Source: an uncultured Acidobacteriota bacterium
Lineage (GTDB): Bacteria; Acidobacteriota; Blastocatellia; Pyrinomonadales; Pyrinomonadaceae
Direction: 5' to 3'
Assembly (NCBI GenBank): GCA_963766895.1
Contig: CAVYCB010000011.1
Coordinates: 24,333 to 88,332 of the forward strand
DNA: 64,000 bases
Of this stretch, positions 1 to 9,454 are shown piece after piece (the stretch's first letter is position 1; the number at the start of each line of letters is the position of its first letter). A model generated the notes under the pieces. That model was not told where the DNA came from. It searched no databases and saw only the letters and a program-made list of their open reading frames with translations. The position numbers and the translations under genes were made by a program.

Positions 1-621
1 AGCCATGTAACTTACGGCGTTAAGCTGGCGAAAGAGATCGGCCTGCCGCAGCGCGTGATAGATTTTATTCCGCAGCATCATGGCACCCGTACGCTGCATT
101 ATTTTTTGCGCAAGGCCCAAACCGAAGCGGACGAAGGTGTGGAGGTAGAAGAAAGCGATTTTCGCTACCCGGGCCCGAAACCGCAATTTAAAGAGGCCGC
201 GGTGATGATGATCGCCGATTCGTGCGAAGCCGCCGCGCGCAGCCTGGCCCAGCCGACACCGGAAAATATTCGTTTTATCATCACCAAGATCATCGATGCT
301 ATTTTGAGCGACGACCAGTTGGACGAGTGCGATCTGACATTGCGCGAATTGACCATTATCCGTGAATCGATGATCAAATCGCTGGTCGCGATCTATCATT
401 CCCGCATAGATTACCCCGGCTATGTTCCGCCCAGCCAGTCACTGGCAAATATTATTATCCCTGCCCCTATTGACGCTGCCGAGGACGCCGAAGAACGCGG
501 TATCAAGTACCAGAACCCGGCCGATATTCCGGTCAGTAAGGGCGGTGAAATTGAAGACGAGGCCATCGACCGTTCGCATGAACCCTCGCAGCCAAAAGCT
601 GAGGCCAAAACAGTGAAATAA
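1..621 (+). CDS. HD-domain phosphohydrolase, C-terminal part (7TM-HD / PgpH-like); the 5' end lies outside the window
   Basis: Frame 1 is open from nt 1 (SHVTYGVKLAKEIGLP...) and runs into the 55..621 ORF. It carries the IPQHHGT and MIADSCEAAARS motifs typical of PgpH/YqfF-type HD hydrolase domains. Confidence 0.75.
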   Translation, partial: SHVTYGVKLAKEIGLPQRVIDFIPQHHGTRTLHYFLRKAQTEADEGVEVEESDFRYPGPKPQFKEAAVMMIADSCEAAARSLAQPTPENIRFIITKIIDAILSDDQLDECDLTLRELTIIRESMIKSLVAIYHSRIDYPGYVPPSQSLANIIIPAPIDAAEDAEERGIKYQNPADIPVSKGGEIEDEAIDRSHEPSQPKAEAKTVK

Positions 622-626
622 TTCCT

Positions 627-1622
627 ATGCTCAGACGCTCCTACTTTCTGATCGCTTTATTTACTCTCATGATCTCTACCGCCGCCTGGCCGCAAAAGAT
701 CGAAGGCCCGGTTTCGTCGATCCCCGCAAAAGAAATGGCGGTAATAAAACCTGACTCCGGCAAGGTACCGGCGGGATTTATCGGCCACAATATCAGCACG
801 CTTTTTAATAACCTGCAGGCCGCACAAAAAGATAAAAATATCAGAACTGTTTACGGGCCGCTGACGACGGACGATCTGTTCGCCTTTAGCGATTATGCGG
901 TCGCGCCGGCGGATTTTGTCATCGGTCTTAAAACAGACGCTCCCAGGTTTTATTTCCGGGGCGGCCTCTGGCGCTTACGGCCATCCGACGAATTCCCCGA
1001 ACCCCGTATCGAATATGTTAATCCGTGCTACGGCGTCGGCAGCGATGAACTCAAAACAGTCGCGTCACGCGAAAAACTTGTCACTCCCCTTGTAACTCCC
1101 CTTGTAACTGCCGCTGCCGCTGATCCTAATAAGCCCGTTTGGAAAGAGGCTTTTTTTCCGATCAGGACCGTCCTGCCCGACACCGACCGTAAACATTTTA
1201 AAGGCCAGAATGTCGGGGTCAGATGCCGCGATATATTCATTCCATCTCCGCAGCTCCATTACGGATTATCCTTTGTCAAAGAACAGCCTTTTCGCCTGAT
1301 AAAAATTACCGGTGACGATACATTCTCTCTCGATACTTATGGTTCGATTGATATTGAAGGCGTGGGCTTTGCCGTCTGGAGCGGCGACAACGTTGTCCCG
1401 CCGCTTCCCGGCTCCGCCCGCCGGCACATTTCCATTCTCTTTGTGGTAAAGCTGGTGCCGCTCTATACGGGAACTAAAACTTTTACCAAGGCGGATCCGG
1501 TGGAAAAGAAAGATCACACGGCTATTCAGAATAAGGTTTATGTAGATCTGGTAGGCGTCTGGCTTTACGACCTCGCTACCGGCGAAATACTTTCAAAGAC
1601 GGCTATCGACCCGCAGCCGTGA
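627..1622 (+). CDS. hypothetical secreted protein
   Basis: 331-aa ORF starting 6 nt after the upstream gene, with a signal-like N-terminus (MLRRSYFLIALFTLMISTAAW). It contains a short in-frame VTPL-VTPL tandem repeat near 1078..1110. No family recognised. Confidence 0.6.
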   Translation: MLRRSYFLIALFTLMISTAAWPQKIEGPVSSIPAKEMAVIKPDSGKVPAGFIGHNISTLFNNLQAAQKDKNIRTVYGPLTTDDLFAFSDYAVAPADFVIGLKTDAPRFYFRGGLWRLRPSDEFPEPRIEYVNPCYGVGSDELKTVASREKLVTPLVTPLVTAAAADPNKPVWKEAFFPIRTVLPDTDRKHFKGQNVGVRCRDIFIPSPQLHYGLSFVKEQPFRLIKITGDDTFSLDTYGSIDIEGVGFAVWSGDNVVPPLPGSARRHISILFVVKLVPLYTGTKTFTKADPVEKKDHTAIQNKVYVDLVGVWLYDLATGEILSKTAIDPQP

Positions 1623-1659
1623 TCACTTAAAGAATCCATTTCCGCCGCTCGGGCGAATA

Positions 1660-2221
1660 TTGTTCGGGAGATATCTGACTATGTTTCTGATCTATATTCT
1701 GGTTTCGCTGGCGGCGATAGTTATCGGATGGCTGCTTTTCTGGTGGCTGGTAAATTTTGTCGCTGAACACAACGGTTACCAGAAAAAATTCTCCGCCGGA
1801 AGCACACCGCAAACGCCTCCGAATGGATTTTACCGCGGCACGGCGCATGTGCTTTTTGACGCTGACGTTCCCTGGATGGGCAAGTCTTTCGAAAGCGCGG
1901 AAAACCTGGGCTTTAATATTTTTACCCCGGCAGGCGCTTCGATACTAAAGATCCTCGCCCCGTCCTATCAACGCTACACCGTGAACGAGGACGGCAACAC
2001 CCGCGCCTACTATTTCCAGACGCGCACCGAACCCGGCCTCAAAGACCCGCAAATTAAATGTGGTAAAGCTGGACTATAGCTCACGGGAAAACCCTTTTCG
2101 CATCCGCATCATTCTGGACGAGATCGTCGAGGTCGCGCCGGAACAATACCTCGGCAAGATTCACGTAAAAGTTTTCCCGGGATATTACAGTACGATCGGA
2201 TACTTTGGGTTGAGAAAATAG
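1660..2221 (+). pseudogene. membrane-anchored conserved hypothetical protein, one frameshift as sequenced
   Basis: ORF 1660..2079 has an N-terminal TM helix. From about 2050 another frame continues as VVKLDYSSRENPFRIRIILDEIVEVAPEQYLGKIHV...YFGLRK, stopping at 2219..2221. This is the expected C-terminus of a family I recall (LDY-x-NP...DEiV-V-pg-YLGK). The shift lies around 2045..2065. Confidence 0.55.
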
Positions 2222-2261
2222 TGTTGAATTTTAAGTTTGAGTTATGAGTTAAACCTGGCCG

Positions 2262-2374
2262 TAAGAGCGGGCGCAAGCGGCCCTTCCCCACTGCAAATTT
2301 ATTTAGATCTTATATTTTACCTTCAAGGCCGATACACCTCTCAGGTCCGGAAGGGTTGCCTGCACCCGCTCTTA
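2262..2374. repeat. inverted-repeat (REP/MITE-like) element
   Basis: taagagcgggcgcaagcggcccttcc (2262..2287) is the near reverse complement of ggaagggttgcctgcacccgctctta (2349..2374), with an AT-rich spacer of about 60 nt. Confidence 0.6.
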
Positions 2375-2415
2375 AAATCATATTGACCGGACTTTAGAAG
2401 GACGCCATTCAAAAT

Positions 2416-2909
2416 TCAAAATTTACCGCGTAGTTTTTGGTATGTCGTGCGCAGGTCTTCGGGAATGGTCCTTGTCTCGCCTACCGAGGTCATAAAGTTC
2501 ACATCGCCAAACCAGCGCGGCAAAATGTGCATATGCAAATGGTTCGCGACGCCGGCGCCGCCGCTTTGCCCAGGTTCATCCCCAGGTTAAACCCGTCGGG
2601 AGTATAAGCCTCGCCGAGAGCCTGCTGGCCGCGCTTGGTCAGGTCCATTAATTCATCGGAGATATCTTTTGGAGTGGCAGAAAGCTCGGACAGGTGCCGG
2701 TAAGGAATTATCATCAAATGCCCGCTGACGTACGGGTAAATGTTGAGCACAATGAAATTATGCTCGCCGCGGTGAAGGATAAAATTCTCCTCGTCGCGCG
2801 CGGGGTCTTTTTGTATCTCGCAGAAAACACAATCCGGTGAATTCGGCTTTTCGCCGCTTCCACCGGAACTGATGTAATCGTAGCGCCACGGACTCCACAA
2901 AACATCCAC
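2416..2909 (-). pseudogene. HIT-family nucleotide hydrolase/transferase, one frameshift as sequenced
   Basis: ORF 2499..2909 gives ...FIVLNIYPYVSGHLMIIPYRH... and then degenerates. Shifting one frame in the gcggcggcgccggcg run restores [23 protein letters not shown]...KLRGKF with a stop at 2416..2418, which includes the HxHxH HIT motif. Confidence 0.8.
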
Positions 2910-2945
2910 AGGCGTTAATCCTTTTTAGCTAATTTTTAGGGGCGA

Positions 2946-3263
2946 CTAACCGTGAGATTCTGTCCCTCCGGCTGCTTCAGTTGTTGTTTCTTTGTTGATC
3001 AGGTCTTTAAGCTCTTTACCTGGCTTAAAATAGGCGACGCGTTTTGCGGGAACGCTGACCGGCGCGCCGGTCTTCGGATTTCTTCCCCGGCGTGAACCGC
3101 GCTGGCGTACACGAAAACTGCCAAAACCGCGCAATTCGATCTTGTCGCCTTTTTTCAGACTCTCGATGATACTGTCAAAAACTATCTCGACCAGTTTCTC
3201 GGAATCTTTCTTGGTCATATCAGTTGCCTTGGCAACCTCTTCTACTAGATCAGCTTTAGTCAT
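2946..3263 (-). CDS. ihfB: HU/IHF-family DNA-binding protein (IHF beta-like)
   Basis: Carries GFGSFRVRQRGSRRGRNPKTGAPVSVPAKRVAYFKPGKELK. It lies directly downstream of rpsA on the same strand, the classic rpsA-ihfB arrangement. Confidence 0.7.
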   Translation of the reverse strand: MTKADLVEEVAKATDMTKKDSEKLVEIVFDSIIESLKKGDKIELRGFGSFRVRQRGSRRGRNPKTGAPVSVPAKRVAYFKPGKELKDLINKETTTEAAGGTESHG

Positions 3264-3304
3264 TTATCTACCCTCAAGACCTAAATTGTAAACCAAAACG
3301 TCAC

Positions 3305-5143
3305 CTACTTCTTGTCATCTTCATCCGAATTACCGAACTGCAAATTAGCGAGTTCAGCCAGGGAGGCCATACCGCCCTTGGCTTCGGTCGAATAAGACTT
3401 CGCATCAAACTCGGGTTCATCTTCTTTGCCCACGGCGCGGGCTGATAATCCTATTTTGCCAGCCTCCGAGTCAATGCGCAAAATTTTGAAGTCCATTTCC
3501 TGTCCGATCTGCACCACTTCTTCCGGTTTGTCCACTTTTTCGTCAGACAATTCCGAGATGTGACAGAGGCCTTCCAGATCTTCGCCCAGTTCGACGAATA
3601 CGCCGAAGCTGGCAAAACGCGAGATCTTGCCCTTCACGACGTCGCCTGGTTTATGCTGCTGCACAAAAGTATCCCAGGTGCTCGGCGTCAGGTCTTTGAT
3701 CGAAAGCGACAGGCGCTGGCCGGCGGTGTCGATATTCGTCACCACGGCTTCTACTTCCTGTCCTTTTTTGAGCGCATCTTTCGGATGCTTGATGCGTTTG
3801 GACCACGAGATATCCGAGACATGGACCAAACCGTCAACACCGTCTTCGATCTCAACAAACGCGCCGAAATCCGTCAGGTTGCGCACCTTGCCGGTAACCT
3901 TGGTACCGACCTGGTATCTTTCGCGTAAGGAATCCCACGGGTTGGTCATCAGCTGTTTCAGGCTTAAGCTGATGCGGCGGTCGGTCGGGTTGATATCCAG
4001 AATGCGGACCTCGACTTCTTCGCCCATGTTAAGGATCTTGTTAGGATGCTTCGAGCGTTTCGACCAGCTCATTTCCGAAATATGGATCAGGCCTTCGACA
4101 CCGGGTTCCAATTCAATAAAGGCGCCGTAGTCCGCCAGGCTGGAAACTTTTCCTTTGACATTCGTTCCGACCGGGTAGCGTTCTTCCACGCTCGTCCACG
4201 GATCGGCCGTCAGTTGTTTTAATCCAAGAGAGATCTTTTCATGTTCACGATCGAGCTTGAGAACTTTTACCTGGACCTGCTCGCCTACTTTTAGCAGATC
4301 GGCCGGCTTCTGAACTTTGCCCCATGACATATCCGTCACGTGCAGCAATCCATCCAGCCCGCCCAGATCGACAAAAGCGCCGTAGTCGGTAAGGCTCTTG
4401 ACCTTGCCTTCGACGATATAGCCTTCTTCGAGCTGGCCAAGTGTCTCTTTTTTCTGCGCGCCGAGCACTTCGTCAACGATCACTTTACGTGACAAAACGA
4501 CGTTGCCCTTGCGGCGGCTGAATTTGATGATCTTGGTTTCGATGTCCTGGCCGATGTATTCATCAAGATTGCCGACCGGACGCGAATCAATCTGCGAGGC
4601 AGGCAAAAATGCTTCAACACCGTTTAAGTCGACTTTTACGCCGCCCTTGATACGGTCGAGAACGCGGCCTTTGACCGTTTCCTCTTTGTTGAAAGCTTCT
4701 TCGAGTACATCCCACGATTTGCGCCGTTGAGCATCGGCATAAGAAAGAACCGGCGAGCCGTCGCCGCCATTCATATTCTTAATTACGACTTCGACTTCGT
4801 CATCGCGTTTGACTGTGACCTCACCGTCAGGATTGGTAAATTCAGCGATATTCGCCACGCCTTCGGATTTGTATCCGAAGTCAATGACAACACCGGTGTC
4901 GGAAACACCGATCACTTTTCCCTGAACTACTTGCCCCGGGCTGTATTGAGCGCTTTCCTGCTCAAATTGTTCCAAGATCGCACCGAAATCCATCTCAACG
5001 GCAGATTGTTCATCTTCCAAATGAGCCGTGGTTTCCGGCTGTTCCGCTGCCGGAGCGGTTCCGGCAGTATTTGTTGCTTCAGAGCCCGAAACCGGAGTTC
5101 CTTGCACTTCAGTCTCAGGCTGTTTAATTTCTTCGCTCGACAT
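3305..5143 (-). CDS. rpsA: 30S ribosomal protein S1
   Basis: 612 aa with six repeated S1 OB-fold modules (GxVxGxV...GAFVdl.gvdGLlHiSe). Confidence 0.95.
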   Translation of the reverse strand: MSSEEIKQPETEVQGTPVSGSEATNTAGTAPAAEQPETTAHLEDEQSAVEMDFGAILEQFEQESAQYSPGQVVQGKVIGVSDTGVVIDFGYKSEGVANIAEFTNPDGEVTVKRDDEVEVVIKNMNGGDGSPVLSYADAQRRKSWDVLEEAFNKEETVKGRVLDRIKGGVKVDLNGVEAFLPASQIDSRPVGNLDEYIGQDIETKIIKFSRRKGNVVLSRKVIVDEVLGAQKKETLGQLEEGYIVEGKVKSLTDYGAFVDLGGLDGLLHVTDMSWGKVQKPADLLKVGEQVQVKVLKLDREHEKISLGLKQLTADPWTSVEERYPVGTNVKGKVSSLADYGAFIELEPGVEGLIHISEMSWSKRSKHPNKILNMGEEVEVRILDINPTDRRISLSLKQLMTNPWDSLRERYQVGTKVTGKVRNLTDFGAFVEIEDGVDGLVHVSDISWSKRIKHPKDALKKGQEVEAVVTNIDTAGQRLSLSIKDLTPSTWDTFVQQHKPGDVVKGKISRFASFGVFVELGEDLEGLCHISELSDEKVDKPEEVVQIGQEMDFKILRIDSEAGKIGLSARAVGKEDEPEFDAKSYSTEAKGGMASLAELANLQFGNSDEDDKK

Positions 5144-5509
5144 GAAAAATCCCTATTACTTTCCCTTCGAATTATCTATATGGTTAAACATTTAGTTTAA
5201 CCCATCTATTTGAACTTAACAAACTGTTTATCAAAAAATACGGACTCCGCCCTCGGGGACGGAAATGCATCAGTTCAGGCATTGTCGGAGAAAAGATTCT
5301 CTAAGAGGCTGCCGGGGAGGCCGCAAGGTTTTCGCCCTCGCTCGACAGATCCCAACGTTTGGCCGGACTATATTTGAAATTACACGTCCAAATGCTTATC
5401 TGTCAAGATTATACCGCCGGATCGAGCTTGACTGGAAGTTAATTTTTATTCCAAAATTGCGGTTTGATTATCGGTTTTTATTTTGTTTATGCTGTAGGAT
5501 ATCAAATTT

Positions 5510-6454
5510 ATGAGTTTGTACCGTTTTTTCCAACTCGATGTCTTCACCGACAAACCATTTGCAGGCAATCCTTTAGCTGTATTTCCCGAAGGCGAAGGTT
5601 TAACTGATGAACAGATGCAGGATATTGCCCGCGAGATGAATCTTTCGGAGACCGTTTTCGTGCTGCCTTCCAGTGAAGAAAAAGCGCTCCGTAAGCTTCG
5701 CATCTTTACCCCGACCCGTGAGTTGCCCATGGCCGGCCACCCGGTGGTCGGGACCTGGAATTTGCTCGCCCGGTTGGGCGTGGTGGGAGAGATCAATGAA
5801 GATTTCACCGGACGGATCGAAATTTACCAGGAGCTGGGCATCGGCGTGCTGCCCGTTGAGGTCGAAGCGGAATGGGGTACGCCAACCAAAGTGACGATGA
5901 CCCAGGGAAAATTTATCGCCGGAGAGATCATTTCCGATGGCACTTTCCTCGCGCAATTGATGGAGAGCCTGGGTTTGAATACGGACAACCGAAATACCGA
6001 GCTGCCGGTGCAGGTGATGAATACGGGGATCGGTTCGCTGGCCGTTCCGGTCAAGTCCCTCGATGCGCTCAGCCGTATTAAAATGAATGGAAATTTACTC
6101 AGCGATATTTATTTGAAATTCGGCGCGGTCGGGGCTTATGTTTTTACGCTGGAAACAAAAGACGGCGCACCCTCCGCGGCGCACGCCCGATTTTTTGCGC
6201 CCAGCGATAACATCCCGGAAGATGCCGCTACCGGCAGCGCCTGCGGCGCGCTTTCTTCGTACCTGGTCCATCACGGTGTGATCATTGAAAAAGATGATGA
6301 CGGTTTTCATCGCTTCACCGTCGAACAGGGCGATTTCATGAAACGCCCGAGCCGCCTTCATGCGGAGATCAAAGGTGAAAAAGGAAACGTGGAATTGGCC
6401 AGGATCGGCGGGGCCTCGGTGGTAATTCTTCAAGGAGAAATAATTCTCGATTAA
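5510..6454 (+). CDS. PhzF-family isomerase
   Basis: The N-terminus FFQLDVFTDKPFAGNPLAVFPEGEGLTDEQMQDIAREMNLSETVF is the PhzF/YddE signature. Length is 314 aa. Confidence 0.85.
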   Translation: MSLYRFFQLDVFTDKPFAGNPLAVFPEGEGLTDEQMQDIAREMNLSETVFVLPSSEEKALRKLRIFTPTRELPMAGHPVVGTWNLLARLGVVGEINEDFTGRIEIYQELGIGVLPVEVEAEWGTPTKVTMTQGKFIAGEIISDGTFLAQLMESLGLNTDNRNTELPVQVMNTGIGSLAVPVKSLDALSRIKMNGNLLSDIYLKFGAVGAYVFTLETKDGAPSAAHARFFAPSDNIPEDAATGSACGALSSYLVHHGVIIEKDDDGFHRFTVEQGDFMKRPSRLHAEIKGEKGNVELARIGGASVVILQGEIILD

Positions 6455-6496
6455 AAGAGATCGCTTTAGATCTTTGAGACTTTAGTAAAGCTAAAC

Positions 6497-6865
6497 ATGG
6501 GCACATTATTTCAGGACGACACTTCGACAACGCTGCAATGTCCCGGCTGCGGCAAATATATTTCCGCAGATGCCGAGACGTGCCGGTTTTGTGCGGCCGA
6601 GATCAGCCAGGAAATAAGACAGGCGGGTGTTGCCAAAGAGACGGCGGAGATCAGAAAGTCTCAAGCCGGTTTTTATAAAAGCATGCTGATAGTCGGCTTG
6701 TGTTTATTTGGCGGCGGCGGCCTTTTCGCGGGAATGGACATAATGGTGGCGATCGCAAAGAAACAAGAAACATTTCCTTTGTGGCCGGTGCTGATAGCCA
6801 TCGTTGGCTTCGGCCAGATAATCTACGGGCTGTATGGAATGTACAAAGAAAAACGTAGGAAATGA
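6497..6865 (+). CDS. zinc-ribbon membrane protein (hypothetical)
   Basis: CPGCGKYISADAETCRFCAAEI ribbon followed by two hydrophobic helices. Confidence 0.5.
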   Translation: MGTLFQDDTSTTLQCPGCGKYISADAETCRFCAAEISQEIRQAGVAKETAEIRKSQAGFYKSMLIVGLCLFGGGGLFAGMDIMVAIAKKQETFPLWPVLIAIVGFGQIIYGLYGMYKEKRRK

Positions 6866-6895
6866 CATTATTGTTTAAGACCCTATTGTTAACAA

Positions 6896-7876
6896 ATGCA
6901 TGATCTGATCATTATCGGCGCCGGACCGGCGGGATTGTCCGCCGCTTACGAAGCAAAAAAAGCGGGCCTGAATTACCTGGTGCTGGAAAAAGGCCTGATC
7001 GCCAATACTGTCTATCAGTATCCGATCGGGCTGGCGGTATTTTCCACGCCGGGCGAGCTGGAATTTGAAAATGTTTCTATAGAATCGGCACGCGAAAAAC
7101 CGACGCGCGAAGAACTCCTCTCTTACTACGTCCACTTTGCGCTGGAAAACGAGCTGAATATCCAAACCGAGGAAGAAGTGATCGAAGCGGCCAAAAACAA
7201 AAAAGCTTTTACGGTTAAAACAAACAAGAATTCTTACGAAACTAAAACCATTCTCTTTGCCATCGGCGCGATGGACCACCCGCGGCATTTAAAAGGCGTG
7301 CCGGGCGAAGGCCTCTCAAAAGTGCATCATCTTTTCCGCGAAACTTACCCGTACGTAAAAAAACACGCGCTGGTGCTTGGTGGTGGAAACTCCGCCGGCG
7401 AAGCCGCGCTGTTTCTCGCCCGCGAAGGCGCCGATTCCACCCTTGCCATCTTTCGCGAAGACTGGGAAAACACCGACCCGAAACAGGGCTGTATAAAATA
7501 TTGGGTCAAACAGCCGCTGGAAGAACAGGTGGAAAAAGATTGCCTGAAGGTTTTTTTCTTAAAGCGTGTGGTCGAGATAAAAGAAAGCGAAATTTTGCTC
7601 GAAGACGAGGACGGCGACATCGTCACGCTGCCGAATGATGTGGTTTTTGTGCTGATCGGTTCCGATGCCGACCTGACGATGCTGACGAATCTGGGCGTCA
7701 AAACGCGCGATTCAAAATACGGGACCATTCCCGTCTATGACGAAGAAACTTTTGAAACCAACGTGCCGGGAATTTTTGTCGCCGGGCATTTTACCCACGC
7801 CCGCCATATCAAGGAAGCCATCGCTATTCCGCAAAAGATCGTTCCTTATATAGCTTCGAAGGTAATAGGTAATTAG
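6896..7876 (+). CDS. YpdA-like FAD/NAD(P)-dependent disulfide oxidoreductase (putative bacillithiol-disulfide-reductase family)
   Basis: IIIGAGPAGLSAAYEA dinucleotide fold, a second GGGNSAGEAA fold, and end-to-end resemblance to Bacillus YpdA as I remember it. Confidence 0.7.
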   Translation: MHDLIIIGAGPAGLSAAYEAKKAGLNYLVLEKGLIANTVYQYPIGLAVFSTPGELEFENVSIESAREKPTREELLSYYVHFALENELNIQTEEEVIEAAKNKKAFTVKTNKNSYETKTILFAIGAMDHPRHLKGVPGEGLSKVHHLFRETYPYVKKHALVLGGGNSAGEAALFLAREGADSTLAIFREDWENTDPKQGCIKYWVKQPLEEQVEKDCLKVFFLKRVVEIKESEILLEDEDGDIVTLPNDVVFVLIGSDADLTMLTNLGVKTRDSKYGTIPVYDEETFETNVPGIFVAGHFTHARHIKEAIAIPQKIVPYIASKVIGN

Positions 7877-7911
7877 TTATTGGTTATTGGTTATTGGTTA
7901 TTGGTTATTGG
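7877..7911. repeat. perfect heptanucleotide tandem repeat (ttattgg x5)
   Basis: ttattggttattggttattggttattggttattgg begins immediately after the stop codon at 7874..7876. Degenerate units (ggtaataggtaattag) precede it. Confidence 0.9.
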
Positions 7912-8025
7912 TGACTTGTATTGAGTAGGGGTAGTTTGAAGATCTATATCCTTAAAGTCCCCAACGGGTACAAAAGAAAATAGCCCAAGGTAAGTGAGCA
8001 AAGCGAGCGCTACAGTGATCTGCAA

Positions 8026-8075
8026 AAATAAAAAAGAGGCGGTATAGCAAGAATCGCCGCCTCTTTTCTTTTCTA
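8026..8075. terminator. bidirectional rho-independent terminator between convergent genes
   Basis: Stem aagaggcgg / ccgcctctt, flanked by an A-run upstream and a T-run downstream. Confidence 0.55.
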
Positions 8076-8093
8076 ACCAGTTACTACTACCAA

Positions 8094-9221
8094 CTACTGC
8101 TCTTTCGCTTTGCGGATGAACACCTTGGTTTCGCCATTGCTTTTAAATTTCTCGGCAATGCCCGCCGGATTTATTTCATACCCCGTCACATCGATCACTT
8201 CGTCCGGCTGGCCGCCCATCGTCTGCGTCCATTTATAAGGCAGCTGCACGCCATTTACGTTGCGATAGTCGGAAAACTTCACCTGAAATTCAGCCATTTC
8301 GGGCGCCGCGGCCTGACGAGTGAAAACTTTTACCTGCTTGTCGCCGCCTGCTGCTGCCGCTTCGACCGCCCCGGCGTTATCGTGAGTTCTAAATGCAAAG
8401 ACCATCGGTTTCGCGTCCTGGTAAGACATCATCACCGGCAGGTTCGAATCCCTACCGATGAAAAGCCTGATGCTCGCGGCCCCGATCTGCGCATTGATGA
8501 CATGACACGCCGTGCCGTCAACATTTTCTTCGCCGCCATAGAGATAGGAAACGTCCATTCCCTGCGGCGCGGTCAAGAGCAGCGAAATAGTGGTGCGTGC
8601 CAGCTGCCAGGGAAATTCTCCGGGCGCTCCTTCAGCTCCCTGGGCGGTACGGTGAAAGACCATTTGCCTGCCATTACCTGTGCTCATTTCAGTCTGCGGA
8701 CCACCGGCCACTCTCTCAGCCGTGAAGGTAACGTCTTTACCGGGCTGGATCTCTTCGATCGTGCCGTCATCTTTTTTGATGATGATCTTTTTGCCTTCAC
8801 CGGGCTTTGGCGCGTCGCCGTCCATCGTCTTCCATTTGGTGTTTCCTTCACCGTCTTTGACGATAACGATATCCATCTGGTGATCGATGGTTTTCTCGCC
8901 GGTACCGCTGCCATCGTTATGCACCATCTTGACGCTTTTCATCATCTTGTCGGGAAACTGCAGAGCCAATTCCATATCGCCCTGGATGGTTTTTTCCGGG
9001 ACCTGGCCCCCGAATCTCAAGGTGCGGGTTGACTTACCCGTCACGACCAGGCTGTTGACCGCCGCCAGGCTGCTGTCGCCGCCGATGGCCTGGCGCGCTT
9101 TCTGTAATATCGCCAGCGCTTTTTCATCGGATTTTAATTTAGCCGCGGTCTCACCTATCATGCTGCCCAGACCGGTAAAAAATACTGAAACTACAAGGAT
9201 CATCAGGAAAAATCTTTTCAT
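8094..9221 (-). CDS. hypothetical secreted protein
   Basis: 375 aa with signal-like MKRFFLMILVVSVFFTGLGS. No family recognised with confidence. Confidence 0.6.
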   Translation of the reverse strand: MKRFFLMILVVSVFFTGLGSMIGETAAKLKSDEKALAILQKARQAIGGDSSLAAVNSLVVTGKSTRTLRFGGQVPEKTIQGDMELALQFPDKMMKSVKMVHNDGSGTGEKTIDHQMDIVIVKDGEGNTKWKTMDGDAPKPGEGKKIIIKKDDGTIEEIQPGKDVTFTAERVAGGPQTEMSTGNGRQMVFHRTAQGAEGAPGEFPWQLARTTISLLLTAPQGMDVSYLYGGEENVDGTACHVINAQIGAASIRLFIGRDSNLPVMMSYQDAKPMVFAFRTHDNAGAVEAAAAGGDKQVKVFTRQAAAPEMAEFQVKFSDYRNVNGVQLPYKWTQTMGGQPDEVIDVTGYEINPAGIAEKFKSNGETKVFIRKAKEQ

Positions 9222-9350
9222 AAATATGCCTCCAAAATTTGGGTTTATCTTTCGCCAAAGCCTTATCTGGAAAATGCTCGCTCACTCATCGCTTAACAAA
9301 CTTGGCCTTGTTTTACGTTACCCAGTTTCGCAGTGTTTTCCGGCCAGATG

Positions 9351-9387
9351 GTTAAGATAAAGAAAAGAAATTGTTAAGAATGTTAAA
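9351..9387 (+). promoter_or_regulatory. candidate response-regulator binding repeats (GTTAAG / GTTAAG / GTTAAA)
   Basis: Three direct GTTAA(G/A) copies at 9351, 9373 and 9382, about 70-100 nt upstream of the kinase start. Confidence 0.2.
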
Positions 9388-9454
9388 TCTTTCGGAGTAC
9401 GATTTACAAAGGCCAAAAGAGTGGTAGGATAATTTTTGGCGGGGGCGCCCGCAA

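Noticed and set aside
2330-2374. SRP (4.5S) RNA, suggested by the string tcaggtccggaagg, which matches the conserved domain IV apex
   Set aside because: The 3' side reads gggttgcctg instead of the conserved GGAAGCAGCC. The motif sits in the right arm of an inverted repeat rather than at a hairpin apex, and the flanks do not pair as an SRP helix.
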